From Phoronis australis (taxonomy: Eukaryota > Animalia > Phoronida): a stretch of 64,000 nucleotides of DNA. The DNA lies in assembly GCA_002633005.1 (NCBI GenBank), contig NMRA01000272.1, positions 248,001 to 312,000 on the forward strand, read 5' to 3'. Position numbers and translations under genes: made by a program. A model generated the notes under the pieces. It saw only the letters and a program-made list of their open reading frames with translations. It had not been told where the DNA came from and ran no database searches. This document shows, in pieces, positions 50,902 to 64,000 of this stretch. The first letter of the stretch is position 1, and the number at the start of each line of letters is the position of its first letter.

Positions 50902-64000
<13,099 letters not shown>

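Overview
Eukaryotic (bilaterian invertebrate, probably lophotrochozoan-like; taxon is inference) nuclear window with GT-AG introns and one 660-N gap. Six protein-coding genes can be reconstructed by hand: (1) a DNAH5/DNAH8-type outer-arm dynein heavy chain on the minus strand whose second exon is one uninterrupted frame of at least 7963 nt that runs off the window edge (so the ORF track misses it); (2) THUMPD1; (3) ECD/ecdysoneless; (4) LAMTOR2, head-to-head with ECD with only 117 nt between start codons; (5) an endonuclease IV/Apn1-type AP endonuclease; (6) a SMURF-type C2-WW-HECT E3 ligase, truncated by the right edge. Introns and intergenic DNA contain a Kolobok-like DNA transposon relic with a frameshifted THAP domain, an RTE-X-like and an L2/Crack-like LINE 3' fragment, a probable solo LTR, a Penelope-like GIY-YIG fragment bracketed by inverted repeats and containing a tRNA-like segment, two copies of a tRNA-derived SINE, several fold-back MITEs and tandem repeats. 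The most striking observation is the almost intronless but intact axonemal dynein next to conventional intron-rich genes. No database searches were run; family assignments rest on motifs read manually from the sequence.
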